A DNA stretch of 64,000 nucleotides from Candidatus Latescibacterota bacterium (GTDB lineage: Bacteria; Latescibacterota; UBA2968). A program made the position numbers and the translations under genes. This document shows positions 20,134 through 30,110 of this stretch, piece by piece (the stretch's first letter is position 1; the number at the start of each line of letters is the position of its first letter). The DNA lies in contig OZ242195.1 in the NCBI GenBank assembly GCA_965205975.1, forward strand, positions 3,136,001 through 3,200,000. The letters run 5' to 3'. A model generated the notes under the pieces. The model saw nothing but the letters and a program-made list of their open reading frames with translations, was not told the DNA's origin and did not search any database.

Positions 20134-20271
20134 TCATTCTCTTTTATCGCGTATTGCGCGGATCATCTGCCACAAAATACATCCAATGCCGACCAAAATA
20201 AAAACGGACGTGAGAACCAGGAAAATCTGGAAGCCTAAAGGCAGGTTTTCAAATGGAATGATCGGATGCAT
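20134..20271 (-). CDS. Putative 45-aa single-pass membrane protein (below the ORF-track cutoff)
   Basis: MHPIIPFENLPLGFQIFLVLTSVFILVGIGCILWQMIRAIRDKRE*: one hydrophobic helix and a basic tail, filling the intergenic gap. Confidence 0.5.
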   Translation of the reverse strand: MHPIIPFENLPLGFQIFLVLTSVFILVGIGCILWQMIRAIRDKRE

Positions 20272-20331
20272 GATAGGTAAACCAGTTATTATCACTTTTG
20301 CCGAGTGTTGCCTGAATAGGACGCGAATATC

Positions 20332-21045
20332 GTGAACACATTACTCTTAATTTGTGCTGAAAGTAAAATACAAGTTTCTCGCCAGTTTATCAACGCGGCA
20401 ACCGACGCCAAAATCGCCGATCAGGTAGTAGCCACTTCCTTTGATAAACTGGAAGAAAGCGTGCGTACCGCTGAAGAAAACGATCAAATTCTCATCTTCC
20501 CCGCACTGATCGCCCTGCCCGATGCAATGCGCGAAAACTTATTGCAACGCATCGCATCTCTCCAAAATGAAAACCCGCAAATACGCATCCTCCTCACCAA
20601 CCCATTGGGCGGTGATCCCCGCTTATTCGACATGATCCGGGACCGCATGGCAGCCGCGCTGAAAAGCACCCAAAACACACCCATATTGACAATAGAAACA
20701 CCGAATGCCTCTCGAACTCTCGACTTTGAAAATTTCGCCACACTACCAAATCAGATCGCAGATATAAGTACACTCGTCCCCGACCGTCAGGGACAGGGCG
20801 TTTGGGTACGCGAAGTACTGGACCAAACACCCAATGCCGACGCAATCTTTTACGCAGACGCCGACCGTTTCTCAGCCACCGTTGATCTCGCCCTCGTCCG
20901 GGAGCAAGGATTGTTAATCTACGGACTGGAAGGACAACCCCTGCCCGCCAGCTATGGCGGACCCCTACGACTGATCATACCCGGACACGACGACCGCTGT
21001 GCAAATGTAAAAGGCGTAGCGCGGGTCGAAATCGTTTTGCGATAA
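20332..21045 (+). CDS. CbiX-like domain fused to a molybdopterin-oxidoreductase-like domain
   Basis: N-half IRILLTNPLGGDPRL..I.DR (CbiX-like); C-half LLIY..EGQPLP..YGGPLRLIIPG...NVK.V. Confidence 0.6.
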   Translation: MNTLLLICAESKIQVSRQFINAATDAKIADQVVATSFDKLEESVRTAEENDQILIFPALIALPDAMRENLLQRIASLQNENPQIRILLTNPLGGDPRLFDMIRDRMAAALKSTQNTPILTIETPNASRTLDFENFATLPNQIADISTLVPDRQGQGVWVREVLDQTPNADAIFYADADRFSATVDLALVREQGLLIYGLEGQPLPASYGGPLRLIIPGHDDRCANVKGVARVEIVLR

Positions 21046-21091
21046 AAAAAACAGGCGTCAACCCGCCATTTTCACCAGGAGAAAACACACC

Positions 21092-21982
21092 ATGTCATTG
21101 ACACAAAATCAAATTGACCAGTATCGCGATCGGGGATTTTTGATTGCGGAAAATGTATTGGATGATTCAGCCTTTGAACCGATTGAACACGCTTATGACG
21201 TATTGATCAATCAAAAGGCACAAGAACTATTGGAAGAAGGGGCGATCTCATCCGTACATGCAGACAAGTCCTTCAGCCATCGCTTAGCCGCGATTGCACG
21301 GGAATTAGACGATGAAGGATATGACGCACTGCGCAGTTTTGCGGGTGGATTCGACATCATGCGCGCGCGTGTGAAACCGATGTTCGACATCTTCTTCAAC
21401 GAACAATTATTATCCGCCGTTGAAAGCCTCATAGGACCAGAAATAACCCTGAGCCCCATTCAGCATTTTCGCCCCTACTTGCCCGCGCGCGAAACACAAC
21501 CCGGACAGGTACCCTGGCATCAGGACCAGGGCGTAACAAAAGAAGAAGCGGACATCTCGGAAATCATAACCTGCTGGATACCACTCGTAGATGTCACCCC
21601 AGAACGCGGATGCTTACAAGTATTGCCGGGCGTAGTACCCATGGGACTGCTCGAACACCAGCGCGAAGGCGGCACCATGATCAAACCCATGTACATGCCG
21701 GAAATTGAACCTGTAAACTGCATCATGAAACGCGGCGACGTACTCATGATGAGTGCGTACACCCCGCACAGAGGCCAGCCAAACCGCACAAATATCGTGC
21801 GCTGGAGCATGGACCTGCGATTCCAAAAAACGGGCACACCTACAGGACGCCCATTCTGGCCCGAATTTATCGTCCAGAGCAAAGAAAACCCCGCATCTGT
21901 ACAAAACAGCTTTGACGAATGGTGTACGCGGTGGATAACAGACATGCGAGAGAGCAAGGGAACCCATCTACACCGGGTGTGA
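21092..21982 (+). CDS. PhyH-family dioxygenase
   Basis: VPWHQD, CWIPLVD...GCL, GDV...TPH, RWSMDLRF. Confidence 0.9.
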   Translation: MSLTQNQIDQYRDRGFLIAENVLDDSAFEPIEHAYDVLINQKAQELLEEGAISSVHADKSFSHRLAAIARELDDEGYDALRSFAGGFDIMRARVKPMFDIFFNEQLLSAVESLIGPEITLSPIQHFRPYLPARETQPGQVPWHQDQGVTKEEADISEIITCWIPLVDVTPERGCLQVLPGVVPMGLLEHQREGGTMIKPMYMPEIEPVNCIMKRGDVLMMSAYTPHRGQPNRTNIVRWSMDLRFQKTGTPTGRPFWPEFIVQSKENPASVQNSFDEWCTRWITDMRESKGTHLHRV

Positions 21983-21990
21983 CGCCCCCC

Positions 21991-22794
21991 TCATTCAAAC
22001 GGGATATCATCCGCATTAAAAACCTGCGTGCGTTTCATCATGCGGCGTTCCGATGGAGAAAAGGGTTCGCGGCGATGCATCGTGGGGCGATTGTCCCACA
22101 TCACAAGATCGCCAACCTGCCAGATGTGAGTCCATAAAAACTCGGGACGGGCGGCGTGCTCAAAAAGCGCCTTGAGAAGCGCGTCGCTCTCATCGGTGGG
22201 TATATCGAGAACATATTTGGTCAGATGGGGACCGGCATAAAGCGACTTGCGCCCGGTTTCTGGATGGGTGCGCACGACCGGATGGTCAACGCGCTCGGGT
22301 GGGTTTTGTTCCTCAACATAATGGCGATGTACGGCTCGCAATCCCGTGAGCCGTTTTTTCATATCATCATCTAACGCTTGATATGCGGCATAACAATTGC
22401 ACCACTGGGTATTGCCCCCTGCACTGGGAATCTCAAGCGCATAAAGAACGGAAATCGTGCCCGGGCGCTTGAGATACGACAAATCGGAGTGAAAGCTAAC
22501 CTCCCCATCGCCCAAAGCACCGATGGGCTGGCCGTTCTCCTCGATATTGGAAACAATAAAAATCTCTTTGTGTTCGCGGTCGAGCTGTTTGCGAACGTGT
22601 TCGACTGCGCGACCAAAATAATTGGTAAAACGAATCTGATCTTCCTCACTCAAATCCTGATCGCGAAAATACACCACACAGTAATCGAGCAATGCCTGAC
22701 GAATAGCCTGGACAATATCATCATCGAGTCCCTGCGAAAGATCAAGCCCCCGAATTTCAGCGCCCAGTGCGCCGCCAGAAGGTATAACTTGCAT
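21991..22794 (-). CDS. TauD/TfdA family dioxygenase
   Basis: LGAEIRGLDL, FHSDLSY, HPVVRTHPETGRKSLY, WDNRPTMH. Confidence 0.92.
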   Translation of the reverse strand: MQVIPSGGALGAEIRGLDLSQGLDDDIVQAIRQALLDYCVVYFRDQDLSEEDQIRFTNYFGRAVEHVRKQLDREHKEIFIVSNIEENGQPIGALGDGEVSFHSDLSYLKRPGTISVLYALEIPSAGGNTQWCNCYAAYQALDDDMKKRLTGLRAVHRHYVEEQNPPERVDHPVVRTHPETGRKSLYAGPHLTKYVLDIPTDESDALLKALFEHAARPEFLWTHIWQVGDLVMWDNRPTMHRREPFSPSERRMMKRTQVFNADDIPFE

Positions 22795-22807
22795 AGTTTG
22801 TACCACC

Positions 22808-23638
22808 TCATCTATCCGGCCATTTATATGCGACCTTTGCATTCTTCCAAAAATACTTCTCCAATACTGCATCACCCTTCTGAGAAAAATAATCATACAC
22901 AAGGCGTTGCGCCTCAGCCGGGGTGCGCTTGCTGCGTTCGAGAACAGGCCAATCACTCCCGTAAATCACGCGATCTTCACCAAAAAGCTGCCAGAGCGCG
23001 TCGAGTAAATACACATAAAAATCGGGATCTGTGGGCGCCGGAATAACCTGACAGCGCAAATCCATCAGACCCGACACCTTACAAAAAATATTGGGCTGTT
23101 CGGCGGCTTTTTGCATAAGCTCCAAACGCTCGGGTGCGATGGGCTTGCCATCTGCCGGAACATTGCCGCAGTGATTGATCACAATGCGGAGATCGGGCAG
23201 CCGACGCGCGATTTCGATAACCGCCTCATTGACCCCCGAATCGAGTTCGAGATCGCGTTCGACGAGCTTCTCAAAAGCACCTGCCATCTCGCCCAAATCT
23301 TCGCGCTCCCAGGGATGAGTGCGCGGGCGAATCCCCAAAAAGAGCGGATTGGGAGATAGGCGATTGAGATGATCGCCAAAATCCTCAGCGCGCGGATCGA
23401 GATTGCCAACCAGCCCCACGATAAACGGATCATCCTCAATCACATCGAGCACCCATTGGTTGTCTTCGACCCATGTACTCGCCTCGACAATAATAGCCCC
23501 CGTAACCCCTTCAGACGCGACCAGCGCTCTGTAGTCTTCGGGCATAACGCGGCGATAAATCTCGTCATCCGGCTCGGGAAAAGGCACACCCTCTGGACGA
23601 GTGGGATCGTAAATATGGATATGCGTATCAATAATCAT
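22808..23638 (-). CDS. Amidohydrolase_2 family (lactonase-like)
   Basis: IIDTHIH, VINHCG, CKVSG, YGSDWPV. Confidence 0.9.
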   Translation of the reverse strand: MIIDTHIHIYDPTRPEGVPFPEPDDEIYRRVMPEDYRALVASEGVTGAIIVEASTWVEDNQWVLDVIEDDPFIVGLVGNLDPRAEDFGDHLNRLSPNPLFLGIRPRTHPWEREDLGEMAGAFEKLVERDLELDSGVNEAVIEIARRLPDLRIVINHCGNVPADGKPIAPERLELMQKAAEQPNIFCKVSGLMDLRCQVIPAPTDPDFYVYLLDALWQLFGEDRVIYGSDWPVLERSKRTPAEAQRLVYDYFSQKGDAVLEKYFWKNAKVAYKWPDR

Positions 23639-23649
23639 TCATCACTCCT

Positions 23650-24531
23650 CTATAATGCTACTTCATCTATGTCCATATGCTCGCGCAACCGCCCGAGCGC
23701 GCGGTCTTTGAGCTGGCGCACGCGCTCGCGGCTAATGTGAAAACGCTTGCCCACTTGCTCCAGCGATTCCGCGTTGTCAACATCCAGGCCAAAATAGCGG
23801 TTGATAATCTCGGCTTCGCGCTCGGGCAAATCGGCCAGACCCTTGTGCAAAAGATCGCGCAATCGGCTGGCATGCACATCCTCATCTGGCAGGGGCGCAT
23901 CGTCGGGAACAACATCGGCAAACTGACGGTCACCATCTTCATATACTGGCCTGTCGAGTGAGACAGACGCCAGGCTCGTTTGAAGTGCCTTGCGCACCCG
24001 TCGAGTTGAAAAATCGGTTTCCGAAGCCAACTCGTCAATCGTGGGAACGCGACCATATGTTTGTGAAAGTGCGGCAGACACTTTGTTGAGCACATCGCGA
24101 TCATCTATTTGATTGACCGGAAACGCAATCGGATGCGTCTGCCGATTGAGAGCAGAGAGCATGGCCTGGCGAATCCACCACACTGCATAAGTGATAAACT
24201 TGTACCCGCGCTCGGGATCATAGGTTTGGGTAGCGCGTATAAGACCCATATTGCCCTCGGCAATAAGATCGGAAAGAGGCAACCCACGCCCCGTGTATTC
24301 ACCAGCCACGCGCACAACAAAACGCAAATTGGCTGTAATGAGATGATTCAGCGCCTTTTGGTCGCCCTTGCGCGCGGCATTTATGGCTTTGACCTCATCT
24401 TCGCGGGAAAGAGGTGTGTATTTGCGAATATCGCGCAAATAAAGATCTGTAAGCTGTGCTTGCGAAGAATCATCCAAAGGGGAATCGCTTCCCGTTAAGG
24501 AATCTACTGATTTTTTTTGTTCTTTTTTCAT
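23650..24531 (-). CDS. RpoD/RpoS-type alternative sigma-70 factor
   Basis: YLRDI, ANLRFVV, DLIAEGNMGL, KFITYAVWWIRQ, SRERVRQ; ATGA overlap with the merR stop. Confidence 0.93.
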   Translation of the reverse strand: MKKEQKKSVDSLTGSDSPLDDSSQAQLTDLYLRDIRKYTPLSREDEVKAINAARKGDQKALNHLITANLRFVVRVAGEYTGRGLPLSDLIAEGNMGLIRATQTYDPERGYKFITYAVWWIRQAMLSALNRQTHPIAFPVNQIDDRDVLNKVSAALSQTYGRVPTIDELASETDFSTRRVRKALQTSLASVSLDRPVYEDGDRQFADVVPDDAPLPDEDVHASRLRDLLHKGLADLPEREAEIINRYFGLDVDNAESLEQVGKRFHISRERVRQLKDRALGRLREHMDIDEVAL

Positions 24532-25010
24532 AGCTTTAATTCCAGTGTCTCGGCAGTTGATGGGGAATGAAAAAATGGTACGGACTGACACGTCGGTTGG
24601 TTGAGCGTTTGACACGCTGGACAGAGACGCTCTTCAACTCTGAGATCACAGGGCAAACACGCGCAGATACTGGCTATGGTTTGGGTCAGCGTTTTGCGTA
24701 TATGCTTGTAGTGTTCAATCTGTTCTTCGACTTCTTTAAGCCTGTCATTGAGATCTTCGAGAATATCATGCGCGAGTTCACCTGCAGTTTTATTTTGCTC
24801 GCGTTTGTCAATAATGACCTTGATATGTTCGAGATCAAATTCCATCTCTTTCAGACTCAAAATCATGCGCAACCGCGCAAGTTGCTCGTGGGAATAACAT
24901 CGAAAACCACCGCTACTTCGACATTCGGGATATATCAGACCCATCTCTTCGTAATAGCGCACTGTGCGGGTGGTCGTACCGGCTTCTTTCGCCAATTTCC
25001 CAATATGCAT
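24528..25010 (-). CDS. MerR-family regulator with Cys-rich C-terminus
   Basis: IGKLAKEAGTTTRTVRYYEEMGLI..RSSGGFR.Y; C-terminal CACLPC-x8-CPAC. Confidence 0.9.
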   Translation of the reverse strand: MHIGKLAKEAGTTTRTVRYYEEMGLIYPECRSSGGFRCYSHEQLARLRMILSLKEMEFDLEHIKVIIDKREQNKTAGELAHDILEDLNDRLKEVEEQIEHYKHIRKTLTQTIASICACLPCDLRVEERLCPACQTLNQPTCQSVPFFHSPSTAETLELKL

Positions 25011-25069
25011 CAAACCATCATTGCATTTTGACACGACAAAACACCTCGTTTTTATGAGCGAAACAGACA

Positions 25070-25158
25070 AACTTTTACGTAACGTTAAAGTTGGGCGAAA
25101 AAATATACCTCAACACAACATCAATGTCAACGAAAAACTTTGACGTTACGTTAAGGTT
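25070..25158 (-). promoter_or_regulatory. Sigma70 promoter flanked by two 23-bp palindromic operators
   Basis: TTGACA(25130-25125)-17-TATATT; operators aacttttacgtaacgttaaagtt and aactttgacgttacgttaaggtt. Confidence 0.8.
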
Positions 25159-25201
25159 TGGCAATCATCCATCAGCCCGTCCTGCTTCCGCCCCTTAATT
25201 C

Positions 25202-26377
25202 TCAATGGTGGAACAAACGCACCCCGGTCATAACCAGAAGCATACCGTATTCATCGCAGGCTGCGATAACATCGTCGTCGCGCACCGAACCTCCGGTCTC
25301 AACCACGTATTTGACACCTGTGCGAGCGGCGCGATCAATATTATCTCGAAAAGGGATAAACGCATCGGAACTGAGCACAATATTGTCCATCTGTCCAATC
25401 CACTCTCGTCGCACGCCCTCCTCCAAAGGAGAAGGCACAGTATCGAAACAGGCTTCCCAAACCCGACATTCCTCATCGGTCATATTGCCGCGCAAATAAG
25501 CTTCAATAGCATTGATCTTTTCAGGGCGTCTCAGACCTCTTCTAAATTTGAAATTGAGAATATCCGGATGCTGGCGCAAATACCACGCTTCGGCCTTACC
25601 CGCGGCAATATCCGTACATGCCAGACGATTTTGCTGCCCGGCACCATTGCCGATAACCTGTCCATCAAAGGCAAAACACATCGAATTGGATTGCGTGTAC
25701 TTCAGAGCAATAGTCGCCAGGAGCATATCGCGCTGTGCTTCGGGCGAAATCTCTTTATTCTTTGTCACAATATTCGTTAAAATGTCTGTGTTAATAGCTT
25801 TGGTATTGCGCGTCTGTTCCAGAACAACACCGAAAACATCGCGAGACTCCGGACCGGCAGGCGCGTACGATTCATCCATCTGGAGAATGACATAACTACC
25901 GCCCTTTTTCTTTTTTAAAATATCGAACGCCTCTGGTTGATACCCCGGCGCAATAATGCCATCGGACACTTCGCGGCTGAGCAAACGCGCAGTCGATTGA
26001 TCCACCTCATCACTCAAAGCCACCCAATCGCCAAAAGAAGAGAGCCTATCCGCACCCCGAGCGCGGGCATAAGCCGTAGCCAGAGGCGAAAGATCGAGAT
26101 CATCGACAAAATACGCCCTTTGCAAAGCGTCAGACATGGGAACCGCAACAGCCGCACCAGCGGGGCTTAAGTGCTTAAAAGAGGCAGCTACTGGCAGACT
26201 GAGCGCCTCTTTAAGCTCGCGCACGAGTTGCCAGGAATTGAGCGCATCGAGCAGATTGATATAACCCGGCGCGCCATTGAGCACTGTGAAGGGCAATTTG
26301 CCGCTGGGAGAATACGCACGCGCATCAGATTGATGCGGGTTGCAACCATAACGAAGAATCAGTCCATCTTGAGACAT
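25202..26377 (-). CDS. purH: AICAR formyltransferase (short PurH, lacking the IMP cyclohydrolase domain)
   Basis: LRYGCNPHQ, SFKHLSPAG, KYTQSNS, SDAFIPFRD, RLFHH. Confidence 0.9.
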   Translation of the reverse strand: MSQDGLILRYGCNPHQSDARAYSPSGKLPFTVLNGAPGYINLLDALNSWQLVRELKEALSLPVAASFKHLSPAGAAVAVPMSDALQRAYFVDDLDLSPLATAYARARGADRLSSFGDWVALSDEVDQSTARLLSREVSDGIIAPGYQPEAFDILKKKKGGSYVILQMDESYAPAGPESRDVFGVVLEQTRNTKAINTDILTNIVTKNKEISPEAQRDMLLATIALKYTQSNSMCFAFDGQVIGNGAGQQNRLACTDIAAGKAEAWYLRQHPDILNFKFRRGLRRPEKINAIEAYLRGNMTDEECRVWEACFDTVPSPLEEGVRREWIGQMDNIVLSSDAFIPFRDNIDRAARTGVKYVVETGGSVRDDDVIAACDEYGMLLVMTGVRLFHH

Positions 26378-26393
26378 AAGACAATCCTTTTAA

Positions 26394-26508
26394 AAATAAA
26401 AAAAGCCCAATCCTCTAATGGATTGAGCCCAGGCGATCGACCCTTTGAATATTTGTTCTAACGCTCCCCTCCGGTCATTTCCGGATATTCGCCAGTTGCG
26501 TCAGATAC
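26394..26508 (-). ncRNA. ZMP/ZTP (pfl) riboswitch with terminator
   Basis: Minus strand gcaactggcgaa..ccgga..ccggaggggagcg..gatcgcctgggc, then hairpin and U-tract, upstream of purH. Confidence 0.88.
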
Positions 26509-26702
26509 TATTGGTAAAACCAATATAACGGGGAGCAACATATATGTCAACAGTCATCAACTCTGTCCTCTGTCAGCACCCGATACAATTTCCGTTTCAA
26601 TATGACGCAAACACTGATAGGTTTCAAGACGCTGGATCATGTGGGACTCCTGTATTAAGTTAGGAGCATATTACATGACAGAAAGAGAGGCGTCAAGAGC
26701 AA

Positions 26703-27434
26703 ATGCAATGTAAAAAAACAGTCCTGATCACCGGCGCAACAGATGGGATTGGCCGGGCACTTGCGAAAACCTATCGGACGCGCGGAGACAGGTTAGTACT
26801 GGTGGGCAGACGCACACTGGACACACTCAATGATGCGTTGTACACCAAAGACACATATTGTCGCGCAGATCTATCGCAGAATGATTGTACAAAGCGGGTA
26901 TGCGCATTTCTAAACGCGCAAAAAATCGACGCCATAGATCTGGTAATTCAAAATGCTGGCACCGGATATTTTGGAACCATCGCAGAACAAAGCGCGGAAA
27001 ACATTCGAGAGATCGTAGCAGTCAACCTGATGGCACCCTTGCGCTTGACACACGCCCTGATGCCATACCTGCAAGCCAATGGAAAACTCGTACTGATCGG
27101 CTCAATCACACATGCCTTTCCCTGTCCGGATTACGCCGTGTACGCAGCCAGCAAAGAAGCCCTCAACACCCTGGGACGCAATTTGCAAATCGAGGGCGAC
27201 GTAAATGTACAGATCATTCACCCGGGAGCGACGCGCACGGGATTGCATCGAAAAATTGGCATGGACAGCGAAAAGACAAAGGGATTTCCGTCTGCAGAAA
27301 AGGTCGCTCAAAAAATCACACAAGCGATAGATGGACGGCGATTTATTGTGACAATTGGATGGAGAAATGCATGGGCGCGATTTTTGGGACGCTATTGCGA
27401 AGGCATAGTCAATGCCATGGTGCGAGCAACGTGA
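26703..27434 (+). CDS. SDR oxidoreductase
   Basis: TGATDGIG, NAG, YAASK. Confidence 0.9.
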   Translation: MQCKKTVLITGATDGIGRALAKTYRTRGDRLVLVGRRTLDTLNDALYTKDTYCRADLSQNDCTKRVCAFLNAQKIDAIDLVIQNAGTGYFGTIAEQSAENIREIVAVNLMAPLRLTHALMPYLQANGKLVLIGSITHAFPCPDYAVYAASKEALNTLGRNLQIEGDVNVQIIHPGATRTGLHRKIGMDSEKTKGFPSAEKVAQKITQAIDGRRFIVTIGWRNAWARFLGRYCEGIVNAMVRAT

Positions 27435-28177
27435 AACACGCGGTCATTACAGGCGCGGCGCATGGAATCGGCAAAGCACTTGCCCATCGCTTTGCACAGG
27501 CGGGATATGCCATAACGGGCGTGGATATAGATGCCGCGGGCGCGGCGATAGTCGAGCGGGAATTGGATGCGCGATTTGTCATTGCAGACCTGCGCTCAGA
27601 AGCAGGCATCGCCCGTGCTCTCACCAAACTAACCCAGGAAAAACCGATTGACGTATTGATACACAACGCGGGCATCAACGCCGTCGGACGATTCCCCGAC
27701 ATAAGCATAGAAAATCACGAACGCGTAATCGCCGTGAACTTCTACGCACCTATGCTACTCACAACCGCATTGCTAAAAGCTGACCAGATCACAAAAGGCG
27801 CGTCCATAGCCTTCATCTCTTCCCTTTCCCACTACACGAGCTATCCGGGTGCTGCAACTTATGCCGCGACCAAAAGCGGCCTGGCCTCCTACGCACGCAG
27901 TTTATCCATCGCTCTCGCGCCGCAGAATATTCACGTCACAACAGTTTTTCCCGGCCCAACGCGCACAGCCCATGCGCGGCGTCACAGCCCGCACAACACA
28001 CGCGAAGAAAAACGCATGCCACCCGAAACATTGGCGCACCACATCTTTCGAGGCATAAAAAAGAAAAAACACCTCATCGTACCAGGCGCAGCCAATCGAA
28101 CACTCGCCCTCCTGGGCAAATGGTGCCCGCCCCTGATGGCATATACGATGCGTAAGATGATTTTGGAAAAGTTGTAA
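27431..28177 (+). CDS. SDR oxidoreductase
   Basis: GTG start overlaps the upstream stop; TGAAHGIG, HNAG, YAATK. Confidence 0.9.
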   Translation: MKHAVITGAAHGIGKALAHRFAQAGYAITGVDIDAAGAAIVERELDARFVIADLRSEAGIARALTKLTQEKPIDVLIHNAGINAVGRFPDISIENHERVIAVNFYAPMLLTTALLKADQITKGASIAFISSLSHYTSYPGAATYAATKSGLASYARSLSIALAPQNIHVTTVFPGPTRTAHARRHSPHNTREEKRMPPETLAHHIFRGIKKKKHLIVPGAANRTLALLGKWCPPLMAYTMRKMILEKL

Positions 28178-28185
28178 GATGATTT

Positions 28186-29241
28186 TTATCTCTCCTCAGC
28201 CCAAAACTGCCGCACGTATTCGCCTTTGGGCGTCAGCAGAGTGGTCACATCAATCACATTGGGCACTTGATCCATAATATTCTCACGGACTTGTTTCACG
28301 ATAGCGTATCCTTCTGTTATCGTGATATCCGGATCGGTCTCCGCTGTTAATTCAACATACAGAGCACCCCCCATGGTCCGTATGCGAATATTGTGCGTAA
28401 AGGTGACGCCTTCTACCTTCTCCGCCATCTCTTCAATCAGGGCTATCACCTTTAACGAAGGGGCGTAATCTATCAGCTCTTTAACCGCGGTACTCCCGAC
28501 CTCCCAGGCACTGTGTAAAATCAGGCTCGCGATCACGACAGTGGTAATCTGATCGATCAGCCTGAGGGAAGGAAAATAAGACGAGATGATAATACTCAGC
28601 AGAACAGCCAGCGCACTGGTAGCATCGGCCCGATGATGCCATGCTTTCGCAATCAGCATGGGGCTGTTCAGGCGTATGCCCTTTCTTCGAGTAATGCGAA
28701 AAAGTATTTCCTTGACAGTTATTGAAATGAGGATAATTGCAATGATGAGGATCACATAGCTTAAGCCACCTTCATCGCGGTCTATCGGGTGTTCCTGACC
28801 ATGGTCGTCTTCGTGATCATCGCCGTCTTCTGTCCCATGCGTTTCCGCTTTTTCTTCAAGGACTGTGGACATCCCCTGCTCATGGCCGTGACCGTGACTG
28901 TGATAGCCAAAAGCATCCATGATTAGTTCCACACTCACGAACGCGAGAAGAAAAGCTGCAAAAAGCGACAGAAGAGTTTCGATACGACGGCGACCGTAAT
29001 GGAACCTTAAACCCTCACAGTGTTCCTCAGATCGCGATCCCATCAGCACGGCGAACCAGGCTATAACATCGGATACAATATCCGATAGCGAGTGGACCCC
29101 TGAAGCAATCAGCGGAAGGTAGCCGGTAAAATTGCCAAGACCAATTTTTGCGACACCCAGTATGGCGTTTGAGACCCCACCTGCCGTGATAATGGTTGTC
29201 GCTTCCCTGAGCCTGGTCTTTTCATTGTATTCTGCCTGCAT
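28186..29241 (-). CDS. Cation diffusion facilitator with His/acidic loop
   Basis: HSLSD, HYG..R.E, HHRAD; loop HSHGHGHE..DDHEDDHGQEH. Confidence 0.9.
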   Translation of the reverse strand: MQAEYNEKTRLREATTIITAGGVSNAILGVAKIGLGNFTGYLPLIASGVHSLSDIVSDVIAWFAVLMGSRSEEHCEGLRFHYGRRRIETLLSLFAAFLLAFVSVELIMDAFGYHSHGHGHEQGMSTVLEEKAETHGTEDGDDHEDDHGQEHPIDRDEGGLSYVILIIAIILISITVKEILFRITRRKGIRLNSPMLIAKAWHHRADATSALAVLLSIIISSYFPSLRLIDQITTVVIASLILHSAWEVGSTAVKELIDYAPSLKVIALIEEMAEKVEGVTFTHNIRIRTMGGALYVELTAETDPDITITEGYAIVKQVRENIMDQVPNVIDVTTLLTPKGEYVRQFWAEER

Positions 29242-29259
29242 AACACTTGCACCTCTCAG

Positions 29260-29970
29260 CTATCGTTTTTTCCCCACAAAAAAAGGACCCAGCGATTCGA
29301 CATAAAGTGCAGTTTGCTGGGTTTTTCTCATATCCTGCACAACGCGAGAAAGCGGATAGAGTTCTGCACCGATCAAACCAATGACAAAATCATTATCATC
29401 GGCATCGAGACCATAGCTGGCCAGGCGAACATCGTGCGCATAATCTTCGCGTCCATAAGCACGTCCGATAGAAGCGTGCTCCATCAAAATTTTGCGCTGT
29501 TCCCTGTGGTCCAGGCGGGCAAAAGCTCCATTGCGACGCAGCGGGTACCAGATCGCCCAGGGCCATTCGGGATTGAGCACATTATCGCGCGGTCGGGTGA
29601 CAAGGGCGTATTCGAGATCTGGCTCGTAACCCGTGGCATACGTGCGCCCGAGCATCGTAAGTTCAGGGCGACGTGTAAAGGCAGAGAATGGATCGCTATT
29701 GAGCAGCGCGCGAATATCAGTAACAAACAAATCCGGCGATTCAGCCAAAAAAACAATACCAATACCGCAGGGATCGTGTGCATCGAAATAGAGCGCGGCA
29801 TCGAGACCGCTTGGATCAAGTGCCTCAGATACGGCATCGACATCCTTGACATCCGTAAAAACCTGCAACTGCATGTAAAGCCGTTGATCGCTCGTTTGCG
29901 GCACTCCATCAACAGGCGCGCCGTGTTCGAGGATATCGAGTTTTTCTTTTGATTCAGTAGAATGATGCAC
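29260..29970 (-). CDS. Chlorite dismutase family, probable coproheme decarboxylase
   Basis: WYPLRR, MEHASIGRAY, GLD..DNDFVIG, MR, GPFFVG. Confidence 0.75.
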   Translation of the reverse strand: MHHSTESKEKLDILEHGAPVDGVPQTSDQRLYMQLQVFTDVKDVDAVSEALDPSGLDAALYFDAHDPCGIGIVFLAESPDLFVTDIRALLNSDPFSAFTRRPELTMLGRTYATGYEPDLEYALVTRPRDNVLNPEWPWAIWYPLRRNGAFARLDHREQRKILMEHASIGRAYGREDYAHDVRLASYGLDADDNDFVIGLIGAELYPLSRVVQDMRKTQQTALYVESLGPFFVGKKR

Positions 29971-30110
29971 GTCTTCCTGCCTCCCGTTGTGTGTTTCACT
30001 GTAAAATTCTTTTCATTTTCAACGCGGAAAGATAGGGCTTGACCTCAAAAAGAGCAAGCCCCGGATCAGTCTGCTGAACTGGGGCTTGGTGAAGTATAAT
30101 AACCGCTAAA

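Noticed and set aside
26885..28177. 430-aa ORF as one protein
   Set aside because: The N-terminal part overlaps the first SDR in another frame; the real gene starts at GTG 27431.
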